Shown: positions 24,646 through 38,496, counted from the first letter of the whole stretch. The stretch is DNA of 61,945 nucleotides, filler included, from Choristocarpus tenellus KU-1152 (GCA_964200185.2; 11 parts of 11 records of this genome joined end to end with filler, not necessarily neighbours in it), one strand, 5' to 3'. Made by a program: numbers and translations. The notes: a model not told the origin generated them from the letters alone.

Positions 24646-25598
24646 ATGTTCAACCCCAATAAAACAAATTTTAATGGTCGGGATAGGTCTTCGACTTCCA
24701 ACACCTCGCGAAGAAAGAAAATCGAGCCCTATTACGAAGCCGACGAAGAGGAGATTGAAGAGGAGCGTAAGTAATGACTCCTCACCATGATGAGAAGAAA
24801 TTTAAATTCCTTCTAGAAAGTATGTGAAGTACGCACAAGAGATGGACTTGATTCGATCAACACACAGATATCAAACATTACAAACACACTTTCGGTGTAA
24901 GTAACTGAACTCTGTGCACAATGTGGGAAGAGTGGGGAGGGAAGTTTGAATACATCTTGTACAAAATGTTGATGGATCTTCCCCTTAAATTAAGTTCGCT
25001 GGAATACACTTTAATCAATGTTGTATCTATAACCGTCCGTTTCAGCGCTACTTGTGGAGATTGTGAAATCTCTACTGACCATCAACATCGATTTTCACTT
25101 CAGGTCAAAATGCTGCGGCTGTTCATATTCAAAATGTCTTCCGTGCAAAAAGAGCCCGAAAAGTGCTGAGGTGAAACAGCGAGTTGAACATGAGTTCCAC
25201 AACGACCAAATGCTGTTATGGTACAGTAGAAGTTCACTGATATTTAATTTCCAAGGAGATTAGGCTTGGTGTTCAAACATTCTTTTATTGCCTATGATAT
25301 TCAACAATTAAGCAGAGCAAGTGGCGGTACCTGTAACATTCAATCTGGCCTGCTTTGTGGTGTTTTCTGACCTAATTGAACCCTGTCTTTACGCACCACT
25401 GGTGAATAAGGTTTTCCAACCTCCTAGTAACTGATACCTTGACTAGTCCAACTATCTCCTCAGGGAACTTGTGAAGAGCGTCTATGTGAAGAACGTTGAC
25501 CCTCGCTCTGGAAGGCGCTTCTATACAAACAGACGCACAGGAGAAGTCACCTATAAAAAGTCAATTTGTTTCGGGGCCGACGATCTTGAGACTCCCCG
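24646..25598 (+). CDS. Partial IQ-motif + WW-like domain protein, 3 exons (absent from the ORF track)
   Basis: Exons 24646-24766, 25104-25170 and 25464-25598 join in phase (1, 2) with GT-AG introns. They give AAVHIQNVFRAKRARK (IQ motif) then SVYVKNVDPRSGRRFYTNRRTGEVTYKKS...DDLETPR (WW-like). Confidence 0.8.
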
Positions 25599-26275
25599 GT
25601 GAGTGTTGTCACATAGCCAAGATCTTCCTCCCATGCACATATTCTGTTCATTTTCTTCATTGATGGATAGTTCCAAAAAAAATACCTGGCAAAAGGTATC
25701 ACTGGAGTGAACAGAATTTACCTAGCGTCATTTTGCTCTCTATTTCAAGAACAGAAGAGACACTTATGTACCACCAATCCAGTAAACCCATGCACGAAAA
25801 ATGTGAACTTGTGTATACCACGGATGATACAGGTTATTTCAAGCTCCACAAGGGTATGACCCAGGCAGGTCTTCCCTCCCGCAGTTTGCATTTGTGATGA
25901 CCAACAATATTTTTGAGAGCCAAAAGATTCCTAACCTCCCACAACAGGTGAGTATCAGCAGGCAAGAACTTGCTGTAGAGCTATAATAGGATTTGTGTGA
26001 TACGTGCTACACCCTCAGGGAGATGACAGTGTGAAAAAGTTACAAATCTAGCTCTTAAAAAATACTCCCAACACTGCATGAAGGATGTTGCTTGTGAACT
26101 CATTCCAAACTGAGTTTGGTCAAATGAACCTTGCAATAATCCTCGCAAGAAAAGGATGGCAGTGATACTGAAGACACTAGTGTTGGAATCAAACCCTCAT
26201 CCAACAGCTACCACGTGTTTCTATACCCCTGATTTCCCTTAAAATACTCCAGTGTCCACACTCAGTCAGGCTGTT

Positions 26276-26440
26276 TAGGCTCAAAGTATAAGGGTGTGGT
26301 GACAGCTGTCCATTTGGGGCCAGTTTTTCCATGTTGTAATTTTGGGTGATTTCGTTGCATGCGTTGGATGGATAATGAAAGTGCACTTCTCCTGGTTCTG
26401 GCCCGAATGGACACCCTGGTGTAGATCTCCCCTCCCCCCC
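26276..26440 (+). mobile_element. MITE family B copy
   Basis: aggctcaaagtat...cagctgtccatttgggg...ggatggataatg...gtgcacttctcctgg...ctggtgtag followed by a C-run. Confidence 0.8.
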
Positions 26441-26623
26441 CCCCCCCCCCCCTTATGTTTCGCTGCTTTTCCCTCCTAATAAAAAATGAGGAATAAAACC
26501 CTGCTCCCCGCGAACGCTTGGGGNNNNNNNNNNNNNNNNNNNNNNNNNNNNNNNNNNNNNNNNNNNNTTAATTAATTAANNNNNNNNNNNNNNNNNNNNN
26601 NNNNNNNNNNNNNNNNNNNNNNN

Positions 26624-28856
26624 CTCCCCCACCTCCCACAGTAGTGCCAGTCGTGCCCCCTGCAACTAATCCACTACTTGATCCTCCATCATTGTGAACT
26701 AAAACGGCACCAGGACCTACTGAAGGCACAGGGGCATCCACTGAAACCAGTCGCTGCTGAACAGCATTTCCACCCCCCCCCATCCCTCCTCGTCCTGCCC
26801 CCAGCTCATCAGACAATGACAACATTGATGCCCGGGGATTGTCCCACAAGAGCAACAACATCTCAGGCTTGTGTGGGAGAGGGGGTGAGGGTGGTGGGGG
26901 AGGCATCAGTAGCCAGGGAGCAGGGGTGCAAGGAGCACCCTTCCCCTTCCCCCCAACTTGTTTTTCCTCACCGTCCTCACCATCCTCCTCCTCTTCCTCC
27001 AGCGCTGCCGCTATTAACCCCCAACCCCCTACTGCAGCGGTCCTTTGACATGGGAGCAAAGGCGGAGCCTCCCTAACCGGTGCAGGGGCACTGTTGAGGT
27101 GGTACGAATTTCTAGGTGGTGACAATGACTGAAACTTGCGCTGATGTCGACTGGTGGTGGCACCAGGGGTATGGACACTATCAATGGGCCCCTGACTTAG
27201 TACCGCTGACTGCTGTTGCTGCATTGCCTGCTTACGGCTGCCACTTGCCTGACTATTCGAGGACCCAAGGCCAGAGCTTAAGCTAGGACCTGGGTATGAT
27301 GTGAGCTGTTCCCTCAACCCACGGAGCGAAGGGCGGGGCAGGGATGCAAATGATGACGTTTGACTCTTCTGGATCATGCTGCTGCTGTTACTGTTAGTGT
27401 TACTGCCACCATTGCCACCAGGTTTACCTGCTACCAAGGATGATGCACTGGAGATTCGCATCGAAATTTTCCGCAGTGTTTTAGTATCCCCTGCTGCAGG
27501 CTCTGCTGTACCTGCTGCCCCTGCCCCCGTCTCTCCCCATGCTCCCTCACCTACTCCCCCGCCCTCCTCGTTTTGGGGTTCCAGGAGTGGGTGCAGAGAA
27601 GCAAGCATCATTCCCCTAGCTCCCTCATGCAGAACCTTGACACCTGTCTCCTGAGCTTCAGGGATGGCCAGGCAGCGCCAGGTGTTGGGGAGACCCTCTA
27701 CCCCCCAGCCCTCCATCAGGTGGTCAGAGGTGATGAGGTCTGGCAGCGGTTTTGGAGACACTGACGATGGTGTGGTCAACACTGATGATGAAGACTGGTG
27801 GTTTGCCTGCTGACTCTCATCAGCCATACCTGTTCGCATCTGCAATCTCCTCAATGATATCCCGGCTGCCATTGCTGCTGCCACAGTCACCTCTGGGTGA
27901 CCAGTCCAGAGGTTTGGTGACCTAGTTGCTGCCGCTGTCAAGCTGGCAATAACGCTCACATGACGTTCTCTACTCCAACCTACACCACTTCCACCAGTCG
28001 CAGGCACCACACCAGTCCCAGCAGGTGCGGCAGAATGAGATACAGAAACGGGAGCAGTGGGGGGATTGGCGCCAATCCCAGGAGGAGGTGTCGCGGCCCC
28101 ACCTTTGTTGGTGGCGGTTGGGGGGGGCAGGGGGACAAATGGCGCCAAGTTTGCTGCTTCCAAGGAGGTGCTGTCAGGCTCTAGAGTTTCCAACACAGTG
28201 ACATTGCGCCGATTGATCTTTGGTAGGTCCAACAATGGGAACAAGTACAGCGGGGGAGACGGTGGGAAGAGGAAGACAGGTGGGGATTTATGCAACAAGT
28301 ACAGCGGGGAAAAGTGGGGGGATTTATGCACAGAACGGTTTGTCAGCTTCAAATAAAAAAAAGGTTGTGAAGGGACGCATGAAATCCGGAACAATCATGA
28401 CACTTATCCCTTCTTTCCCTTGCAGGAATCTAAATCCACATGTGCAAAAGAGAAGTGTACAAACGGCATCCCCTAACCCCAAAATACATCAAGATTGAGG
28501 TATCACTATATCTCCTCATTATCCCATCGTACCTCTCATCCATACTGACCCAACAAAAACCTTGTTGGCTCTCTTCTACTCTATATTCCATGCATGTATC
28601 TTACTGATGGCACTTGTCCTTGCAGCTGATAGCTTTAGTCAGAATACAGACCAATTACCTACATCCCCAAATATCATTACAACTACTACTGCATTAATAG
28701 ATATAAATACACACCAAGCTCGAAGAAAGAGGACATAAGAATGGATTTGCTACGCCTGCCTAAAACCTACAAACCCCTCCCCTATCTGCCTTGTGTCATT
28801 GATCAGGAAGAAACACACACACCAAAAACGCCCAGTAACAGAGCCAAAAAAATCAC

Positions 28857-28905
<49 letters not shown>

Positions 28906-31623
28906 TTCCCCCCACCCCCCCCCCCCAACACACCCTTTGTCTCTCCCCACCCACTCCCACCGCCCCCACAAAAAAACCCCNNNNNNNNNNCAATCAGGAG
29001 TCATATTTCCACAGAGGAAGTATATGAATGAGTGTGGGTACAAGTTGTACGGAAGTGCCCCCCCCTGTCCCCCCCCCCCTCCGCCCTTCCACCCTTCCCA
29101 TACATTTCTTCAATACATCACACTAACCAAAACACATTTTAGATCTTGCAACACGATATCAACGGTCAGACAAAAAAAAACCCCAACACTTCGCCACACG
29201 CACCCCCTCTCCCCCTCTCCCAACCAAGGCAAGGCTATGCTTGTTTCACACCTGCCGTGAAAGGTCAATGAACTCTGCAGGGATGCGCAAGCGTCTTGAT
29301 ATCTCCCAGCGCAACTCCCCAACTGTGACCTGCTCCGGCAATTGCACCTCCAGCACAGCCTCCCATTGGCGACCGGCCCGAACTTCAACCGTGATGACAG
29401 ACTCTGCAATCAGGAGTCATATTTCCACAGAGGAAGTATATGAATGAGTGTGGGTACAAGTTGTACGGAAGTGCCCCCCCCTGTCCCCCCCCCTGTCCCC
29501 AAACAAAAGAATGCTTCAGACCAAAAACGTGCAGGTGGGTACTGTGCATACTGAGTACAGTGAAAGCAAAGGTGAAACCAGGAGGATCTTGATAGGCAAG
29601 GGAGTGAGGTGGGGTGAGACGGGGTGGGATGCTGTGGGAGGGAAAGAGGTGGGAGAAAAAGAAGTGAATATCTAGTGATAAACTGATGGAAGGAGATACC
29701 GGTCAACAGAAGGCCTACTAGAAAAGTTTGTTCCTAAGAATGCAAGGACTCCCTCTCAACTTCAAGGGGTAATGTAAGGGTTATGCTGCGGTGTGTTGCT
29801 GTCTGTATCTCTCAACCAGGATGAAAAAATATTGACCTGAAACACATGGCATGAGTAATGCACGAGGTGTATTGCACAAGAGTGATATGAAAAAAACTAA
29901 ATGAATAGAACTCAACCCCTCAAGATTCACCCGCAAGAAGTATGACATCAGAAATAATTAATTATCACATACGCACTACACTTCTGCTTCTACTTCCCCA
30001 CCACTAGTCCATTTTTTTTTCAAATTTGAAGACAAGTAGGACAGATAGGTGACCACGTTATGACAAACTCATATTCCACTTCCCCTGCTTGACGGTGTAT
30101 CTACTCCCCCCCCTCCCCAAAAGAAAAGACATTCAAAAATAGACCCCCAACCTCGCCACCAAACTTAACGTCAAGATATTCGAAGGTATATCGATAATGA
30201 AGCCACGATCACTACAGCAGTGGAGCAGTGGCTACAGGACCTTGTTGCTTTTTTTGAGCAGTCTTTCAAATGTCCTCAGTACAACCCTCAGACATCACTT
30301 TCCATTACGTACCACTAAGATGCCATTCCAACACTCCCAACTCAATATCACACAAAAAGCAACCCACGCAACACACAGGCATCTCTACATTGGAATAATA
30401 ACTCCCTGTCTCCCCTGCCTTCCGGAAGGCCCCCAAACTCACGTTATCAAAATAAAGACTCACGTTATAAAAAATAAACAACACTTCTTCTCGCCATAAA
30501 AAAAAAAAAAATGGAGTATAATCATCGAAGACTGGAGCTAACTACCTTTAGAGCAAACCCCTCAGATCTCATTACTCACACTGCAGCGAAATCAATGCAC
30601 TCTCCAAAACAATGCCTATCCATTCCCTCTCCTCTTTCCAAACTATACTTACACCCAACTCACCAGCAGCCACAGACGCCTCCTCCTCTTTCCCTCGGTC
30701 CACAAATCTCTTCAACAAGAGGGCACAACGCCCAACCCGCCTAGTATGAGCCACTGTATCCATCCCCTTACAGCCTGGTGCACTTGTTACTGCCCAAGTA
30801 CCCAAAGCAGTCGCAGTAGCCGAGGTAGAAGACAAAGATTCGACTCTTCCCTTGGGCGAGGTCCCTCCCGCCGTATCATTCTGATCATTCTGTCCATCTC
30901 GTTTTTCAACCTTGGTGGCGGTGACAGAGGCGACACTATCTCGTGTAGTCTGATGCTGGTGCAGGAGTGCTGAAGAGGATATGGATACACCCCTGTGATA
31001 ACGTTCATTCAGTTTGTGTTGTAAGAACCCTGGCACTTGTGGTGGTCAGAGGCATAGAGGCGTCGTGGGCTATACTTCAACAAACGTAGTTATCTTTTCA
31101 TATACTCTATATATTCTGTGGCAGTTGAAGCAATATTTTTAATGTCCTTCCAGTAGGATGCTGAGGAGGGCAAATAAAAAAAAGGCTCAACAACACAGCT
31201 AGAAAAGGAAGAAAAAAAACTATGACAAACAGTAACCCTAACCCTTGAGATGAGCGAAGTCAAGTCTTCATCCAGGCCTATCAAATGGTTTCCTACGCAA
31301 GAAGAGAAAAAAAAAATTAAACATTAGTTCTGACCACCAAGGGGCAAAGATTTGAACAAAATATCAAGACATCTTACAGGAACTAATCACAACTACACAT
31401 CCCCAATATTGTACACACACACACACACGCCTCAAGGTGATGGAACCGCCCCCCTCCTGTTCATCGAGCTTCTTCAGTGCCACTATTACTGGCAAAGACT
31501 CTGCCACACGTCCAAGGCAAGTGTTCACAAACTGCCCCCTGATCTTGGCCCCCCTTGGGCTCAGTTTGGGTCCCAGTCTGTAGTGAAGGTCGATGAGGAG
31601 AGTGGATGCAGCGAATGATACGT
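26624..31623 (-). CDS. Partial large gene with ubiquitin-like domain, probably a USP9X/USP24/USP34-type deubiquitinase
   Basis: Exon from 31623: DVSFAASTLLIDLHYRLGPKL...GQFVNTCLGRV. Exon 29403-29252 joins in phase 0 to the exon starting at 28217, giving a UBL-like LEVQLPEQVTVGELRWEISRRLRIPAEFIDLSRQ|INRR..DSTSLEAANL. A >1.5-kb low-complexity exon follows. No catalytic domain seen. Confidence 0.5.
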
Positions 31624-32498
31624 CTGTATCTGAACAAACCCACACAACACAAGGGGAAGAATGAAACTGGTGAACATGCAGAACAAGCAACCACATGTGT
31701 TTGTAATCTATGTTTGTAATCTATGTTTGTAATCTTTGTTTGTAATCTTTGTTTGTACTCTACGAGTGGGATGAGTGGGATCTATGTGGGATACATGTTT
31801 GTTACATGCTTGATACATGAGGGGCTGGTGCAGAAGGGAAGGGTAAGCACATTGATGAGGAACAGCACAAATTTCATGATGTGTTCACATGTGCTAGGGG
31901 GCAATGTGAGGGTCAGGTATGATCTTTGTTAGACAGGCATCAGAGGTAACAGGGCAGTTGGGGGGTTGGGGGGTTGGGTACAGAAGTGAACTCTTCCTCT
32001 CCTCATCCTTCACCATCCAGTAAAATGACCAAAACAAATGGTAGCTCAATCACACACACAGCAGACACATGCAAGCGCAGGAACCCCTCGAGGTGCTAAC
32101 CCAAATCATAGAAAAGACTAACCAAACATGATAGCAGCATATCATCAACTTTGTCCATTCAGACCTTAGTTTCAGGTCACCTGTGATGTTTGCCCAGTCA
32201 CAAAGGCATTGGTCATCAACCCACTCCCACCTTCCTCCATCCATCACTGACAAACACACCTGTAGCATCCAGAGCTATGCCCCAGAGGGTATCCATGCCC
32301 TGCAGCTCCATTACATGCCTCACCCAGCTTGTCATACCCCCCTGACCCTTTCCCTGTGTCTGTGTTGTGGATGGCCTCTTGTCCTGTCCTCNNNNNNNNN
32401 NNNNNNNNNNNNNNNNNNNNNNNNNNNNNNNNNNNTTAATTAATTAANNNNNNNNNNNNNNNNNNNNNNNNNNNNNNNNNNNNNNNNNNNNCGTCTTG

Positions 32499-32564
32499 CC
32501 TGGTGATTCTTTTCGCCACCCTTGCCTGAGTGAACCACGCCGCCACAGAATCACACGATTCACA
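32499..32564. mobile_element. LTR-like terminus shared with 10752-10816
   Basis: Near-identical ggtgattct.ttcgccacccttgcctgagtgaaccac.ccgccacagaatcacacgattcaca. Confidence 0.55.
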
Positions 32565-32759
32565 TCTAGGAGATTTAAATTAGACGTGTGAGGGAAAATG
32601 TATCCATACGAATTTCACACCCTTCAACCTGTCTTTGTTATGGGCCTGTTCCCTTCCTCAATTTTGGGAAGGGGTCAATCAATACACCTGTATATGTTTA
32701 GTTCGAAACACATGCAATCTAGGAAGTTTCCTGATATTTCCGAAGTGAGACAGAGACTT

Positions 32760-33230
32760 TTGAGCTGGAGATGGAGGACGGATTTGAGTTTTGCGGTGTT
32801 TTTCATCAAATTCGACCAGTAATCGTAGATGACATCCAAACCATCATCGTGTGGTATTGGCGCCATTCATCATAGTTCAGAACAAAACCAGCAGTTAGGG
32901 GTAGAGGACGCACTATCTAACGAGTGCCTAGTAGTAATAGAGGGATGTGGGAGGCAAGGGGTGGAACTAACATGGTCACACATAACCCTCCACCCTATTA
33001 TGGTCAACTATGGGAACACTCATCCGCTGTCCGCCAACTGGGCAGCATCCACAGGCAAATTGGCATCCCCTGCACTTTGGAGGACAACAGCCCTCTCACA
33101 AGTAATCGCAATTTCTGTATAGAGGCTGGTTTCCGTGAAGAGGGGTCTCTCCCAGATGCTGTTACTAACCCTTCCAGAGACGAAGCATTACTTGCGTTAA
33201 ATTTCACACTCTTCATTAAGGCGGGAAGGC
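32760..33230 (+). mobile_element. Second degenerate RLE-type non-LTR retrotransposon fragment
   Basis: LGVED...CLVVIEGCGRQGV then (frameshift) IHRQIGIPCTLEDNSPLTSNRNF...GSLPDA...LLALNFT parallels LHQLCKGMSIPSTMEDGSPFTS at 20376-20470. Confidence 0.6.
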
Positions 33231-34798
33231 GGGAAGCAACGGTAATTTATTTTAATAATAATAACTCACTCCCACTCTTTTGAACAACGTGCACTAACGA
33301 AATTAGTGGTTAGATGTAAGAACCAGGACTGAGGGGGCTTAGTTTCTACGTATTCTAAAACGTCATTTTCGGTAGCGTGAGGTGGCTACGTTCGCCAACA
33401 ATATTCCCGAAAGCATGTTTTAAGGGGCATTAGTAGCAACGGTCTTGGTACACTCGTCGTTCAAAAGGTACCACATCACAAACGGATTAGGTACTATTGA
33501 CGACTTAGGGTTAGGAAATCGATCAGATTCTACCAGTATTATACTAAAAGTCATTTCCATTTCAACCTATCTTTTCTTTGTAAGGAATTTGAGAGTAACT
33601 ACACTCTGGTCTGCATTATACTCGAGCAGGATGTCCTTTGACCAAGTCCTCCCGCCTGCTCGATTTGTGCGTTTGTACTTTACATACTACTCGCATCAAC
33701 AGGATTATAATCACAACAATATTTGGTTACTTCCAAGTATCGATTGGTATCTTTTCCTAACGTCTGAATTGCAATTCTGTCCTTGTCCTTACATAACGAT
33801 GTGCAATTGAGGCTAGTAGCACTATTCGTTCAATTGAGCGCGGTGTAGCTTTTCAGGATGCTGGTTGTTGCGGTTCTTTGGTCAATAAAGATGAATCAAG
33901 AAGAAGAGGACCACTATGAGCTAGCTATCATATCTACCAGACATCTAGGCAACACATTCAACCTTTCGCACTGAAAGGTTTCAACAAAAACACTTTCTAC
34001 TGCATTTACTAGAAACAGGCATCTAACATTACACTCGCAAATGTAGAGTGCTGGAAAATTCAAACAGGATATTTATCCCAACGATTTTATAGCTTTATAT
34101 CTATATAAAATGTTTAATTCCTGTATCACATATTAAGGGAGGACAGATAAAAAAGATCACGTTCACTAGAACAGCTATTGAACACCGGTAGGTGAACATT
34201 TCTTCGTTTTGTCGTGAACAAAGGAGACCTCAGTGGTAACAGTTTCTTAGCTCAAGCCGTGTGCTGTGGCTAGACCTTTTATGGGCGTCTCTTAACCCCT
34301 GTACCATAACAAAAAAACACAGCTACTCCTCTAACAAACCCACACCCTAACTGACCAACCTTCACTTTCCTCCCAACCCTTAGCTGCCAATCGCTAATAC
34401 TAAGGAACCAAAAAGATATGAAAGAGAGGGTAGAGGGAGCAGCAACAGTGTTCATTATTCTCAGGCTCACACAGGGTTGCACCAAATCTACAGTCATTTG
34501 CAAGTCATCTTACAAAAGAAGAGTCACAGAAGTCCAGACTTACAACAACCTTCCACCCTCACAAACATCAAAAGATACATGACCTGCCAGGAAGTCCAAC
34601 CATCATAGACCATGTCCATGCAATGCATTTTGGCCATTCAGTCGATTATTGAAAACCACCATAAGCTCTGTCACGCAGCTGCAGGGCCACCCGTGGTGCA
34701 GGGGCCAAACCCCCTTCTGTACTCCCTAAGCGCTCGGAACGAAAGGAGAAAGGCCTAGTCCAAGGCTATACAAGACTCTAAGATTAATTTAATCCTGC

Positions 34799-36441
34799 TT
34801 AGAAAAAGCCAACACCATCATTGAAGGGGTTGATGTTTCCAGCGCGGATCGCCTCGATTACACCCATGCCAGTAAGGTGCTCCTGCACAAGCATCCCCGC
34901 AATGCTAAGCATAGCCAGGCGCCCGTTCTTGAGCTCCCTCAGCTGCACCTTCTCCCATGCCACCGGGTCCGTGGGCTTAAGGCTAAGGGGGTCGAAGTTG
35001 AGGTCCCCCCCTGCTTCATTCTTGGCCTGCTCCATCTGACCGTATACCTCTGCGGCAAAGATGGCAAGGATAACCTGCACGAACGCAATGGGTCGTTGCT
35101 CGTACACCTGCGCAGGAGATGGAAAATAAATATGAAGTGCAGGGTGGAGAATACCTTCGTACATCAGTAAATGGAAGGATTACCATGCAGATGTGTTTTG
35201 GCACAGTAGTGTACATTATCAGCTTGACCCATTCAGAACGCTGAATACCTCAGGTAAATAATGTTCAAAAATTTGTCGCTGACCCCATACTACTGCATTA
35301 CCTCAAACAGGCCACAAGCATCCCTCTTTGTGGAAAGAAAATTAACTAAACGAGAGGCTGGTGCAATACAGAAATATTGCACGCGAAGTGCTAAGGAAAG
35401 TCCACTCCCTGCGATGTGTATTACAAGTGCGTAGCTTAGCTTTAATGTACCTGCTGCATGGCAGCCCAAGGCTTGTCTGTCACGGAGAAGATTCCAGAGG
35501 GGTCATCCCAGTGGGTGTACGACTGTACGATCTGACCAAATGCAGCGAGCATTGCGATGCGACCGTGCTTTAGCTCTGCTGCGCGGTACCACTGCATCTG
35601 CGCTGGGGGGCAGTCCCTCGCGAAGTTGAGGGGGTCGAAAAATGGCTGCTCGATGTCGGACCCAACAAGACCTTCCATGGCGTTTGTGGACATGGAGGTG
35701 CTTTTGTAGAAAAGGTGTTGAGAAAGTCCCAGAGAAAAACATCAGTGGGCGCGTAGGGCAGATGAAGTTGGACAACAGCAATGAGGCATGCGTCAACTAT
35801 CTCATACGACTCATGAACAAAGAGCTTGACTCATATTAAATGACTTGACCCAAATTTCGTCTGCATACCCAATATTGGATTGACTTTAACGGAATCCTAT
35901 ATGTTCGCTGCTTTTATGTGCTTCTCCAGTGTTAGAAGTGGCTTTAATGCAATGGAGGGCAACAAATCTTAACAGTAAGTTAACTACGGCATCATCCCCA
36001 ACTCCGACTAATATGCCCCAACCATTCATTCTAATCAAAACCCCTACATACTGCTCCCAAGTCAATGCAAGAGAGACCGATAATTTTAGGCATTAGTATA
36101 CTCTCTCTGATCAAACATCCTCCTTTATGGGAGCCAACATGTATAGTAGTGGCTAGTGTTGTCCTGCTTCTAGCAAGGCGCATTTTTGCACAAAGTCCCA
36201 TGACAGCGAAGCTGCAGCTACAGTAATCATGCACTTGTGTGCAAAACGAACAACATAATCAAAATGAGACCACTTCCCCCCCCCCTTGTTCTGGACAAGA
36301 GTTTAGATCTCTCCCCTTCCCAGACTAGACTCACGTTGTGCGCGATAGTCCCCTGGACACAGTTGTCCTTAGCGGTGCCACATTGCTCACAAATGCGGAT
36401 GCAGATGCCAACATGAGCGCCAGAACAGCCACAGACTTCAT
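34799..36441 (-). CDS. Complete light-harvesting complex (fucoxanthin-chlorophyll-binding, possibly Lhcr-type) protein, 221 aa, 3 exons
   Basis: Exons 36441-36335, 35700-35451 and 35107-34799 total 666 nt in consistent phase. Signal peptide MKSVAVLALMLASASA-FV (ASAFAP-type). Motifs FDPL, AELKHGRIAMLA, FDPL and RELKNGRLAML. Confidence 0.97.
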
Positions 36442-38496
36442 GTTTCTATTGTTCAGGGAAGATGAGAAGGTTGATCTAAAGCAGACAAACGTTGTGTGTC
36501 TGGTTGTTTTTGGGGTGTTTCACGACCTACTGATGCGTCAGGTTGTATATTACTTTTAGAGAGAAGTCCCACATGTTGCTTTTGCCATGATCCAACTAAT
36601 CACCAAACCCGATCCAAAGATGTTCAATGGGCATAGACCTAACCCTAAGCAAATTGTTGTATATTTTTTCTGACAAAAAGGATCTCCCACAACATATCCC
36701 TAACCTTAAACCAGTAGCTGGACGATGGATGGACGGTCCGATTCCCCGAGGTAAGGTGGGGTCTCCACTTCGCGCCGCCCAACTTGCACCAAGTTTCAAA
36801 GGGTGCAACACGGTTCTCTGCCTGCTGTATCTAGATTGACAAGGCACATTCCCGTGCTTGGTCTAAGAAACTGTTGTAGAAAAAGTTTGTGGCATTGGTT
36901 TCAGGGACTGGGATAACTGACGCCCTTACCTTCGTCGACGTTGGCATGGTGTATCTGGCTGGAAATTAGGACGTCACAACCACAACATTTTTTGTGGATC
37001 CTGCAAACTCAGTAATCCCTCCCATCCTGCCTGTAGCTTTCGTAGAAATTGATCCTTGCAGTTGTCATACTTTCATTGTAAGCCGATTTGGAATTTTGAG
37101 GAGTAGACAGGATCGTCACTTTGGCGACGAAGGTGAGAGAAAACATGCCTACTGATGGGAAGCCAAAAGTGGACTGGACGCCTCCTCGCACGCCTAGTGG
37201 AAAGCCCTCATCGGTAATCAGCCCAGCATCTGCAAGGGGAAAGCTAAGGTCGGAGTATCAGGTGCGTGCAATCGATATAAAGTCGTGTTTCTAACCCTTG
37301 CTTACTCCTTTCCCTGATCAGTAGTAGCCTCCTAATCAGAGATTTTGATCTCCTCTGACCAGCTTCTGGTTGTATTGGTGCAACACCAAGGCATTTGGTT
37401 GCCTCCAGTCTTGATTTGCTTGATAAGTGATGGCAAGTCGAAGGTTTCAAGCATTGAGTGCCGTTAAGGCGTTACACAGTCGGCAAGTAAAGAAACCTCA
37501 TTAGTCCTGGTAACTCACCGTGAATAGAGGGTAGAGTTTTCTTACTTACTGCTGCACAACTATTACGTTACATACTCTTGCGTACATCCTTGGTGTCGCT
37601 GTTTTTACTTCGTCTATCTCGACTTTACACGCCCATTCCTTCTACTACAGCCCTCCCATAGAAACCTGCAAAGGATGTCCACAAAATGAGGAATGTGGTA
37701 TGCACGTTTCGCTTTCGGGTAGATATCATACCCGCAAGGAACTTTTTCCGCCAGAGATTGTATCGCCAACCTTGCTGATTTGCTGTTCTGTAGCTATCGT
37801 ATGACGGGGGGTTGCAAACCACCCGAAACCAACATTATAGAGTACATTGTGCATTTCTAGAGCCTTTTTGCATTTTGTTGCGCTCATTTACGATCAACAA
37901 TCTTGGTGGTGATGTTGGTGGAATGTCAATGTCTTGCAGCAGGTATGGAATTGTTTAGTCAATACAGTTCATTCAAAGAGTGCTTCAAACCTGTGAAAGA
38001 TTGTTGACTGAGCTTCAAAGTCCTCAGGAGGAATTGATGTTTGCATCTCATGAGGCAATGATATCTAGGGCAGGAATGTCGAAGAGATTTCCTTCCATGG
38101 GACTGCCTTGATCTACAGACCATGCCCCAAATCTTACGAACTTTATTTTGCACTCTCCTGGGGAAAGGGGGGTGATTCGTTCTTGTGTAGAAATGTCGAA
38201 TAGCATTGGAGGACCTAAGATCGTTGATTGAGTGCTGTGCAGATCTCGAAACTGACCGTACCTACACCGAAGAATATGTGACAGATATGGCATGGGAAAT
38301 GATGCTCAGTTCACGTGTGCTGTAGTCAATGCTGTACGTAGCCTGCCCATCCTCTGACTAAGCTTCATTCTGTTCATATCCAACCCCCAAAACCAAGTCT
38401 CCCTATCTCAATCCTTTCAGCTATTCCTAACCAGCCTACTCCACAAATCTCACTGCACAACCCTACAAACAAACCCCTCCAACCCTCTACAACCAG

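Noticed and set aside
28858-28980. Long poly-C/poly-G runs and poly-Pro/poly-Gly ORFs (also 3922, 26436, 39661, 42693, 44367)
   Set aside because: They sit at contig ends or gaps or inside MITE B. Lengths are unreliable and may be sequencing artefacts.
28991-29075. Near-exact duplicate of 29407-29490
   Set aside because: It begins immediately after a 10-N gap next to a poly-C run, so it is most likely a scaffolding or assembly artefact.
31421-31440. Possible GC-AG donor (also near 6597 and 39800)
   Set aside because: Exon ends cannot be fixed without transcripts, and alternative GT donors are available at 31421-31440 and near 6597.
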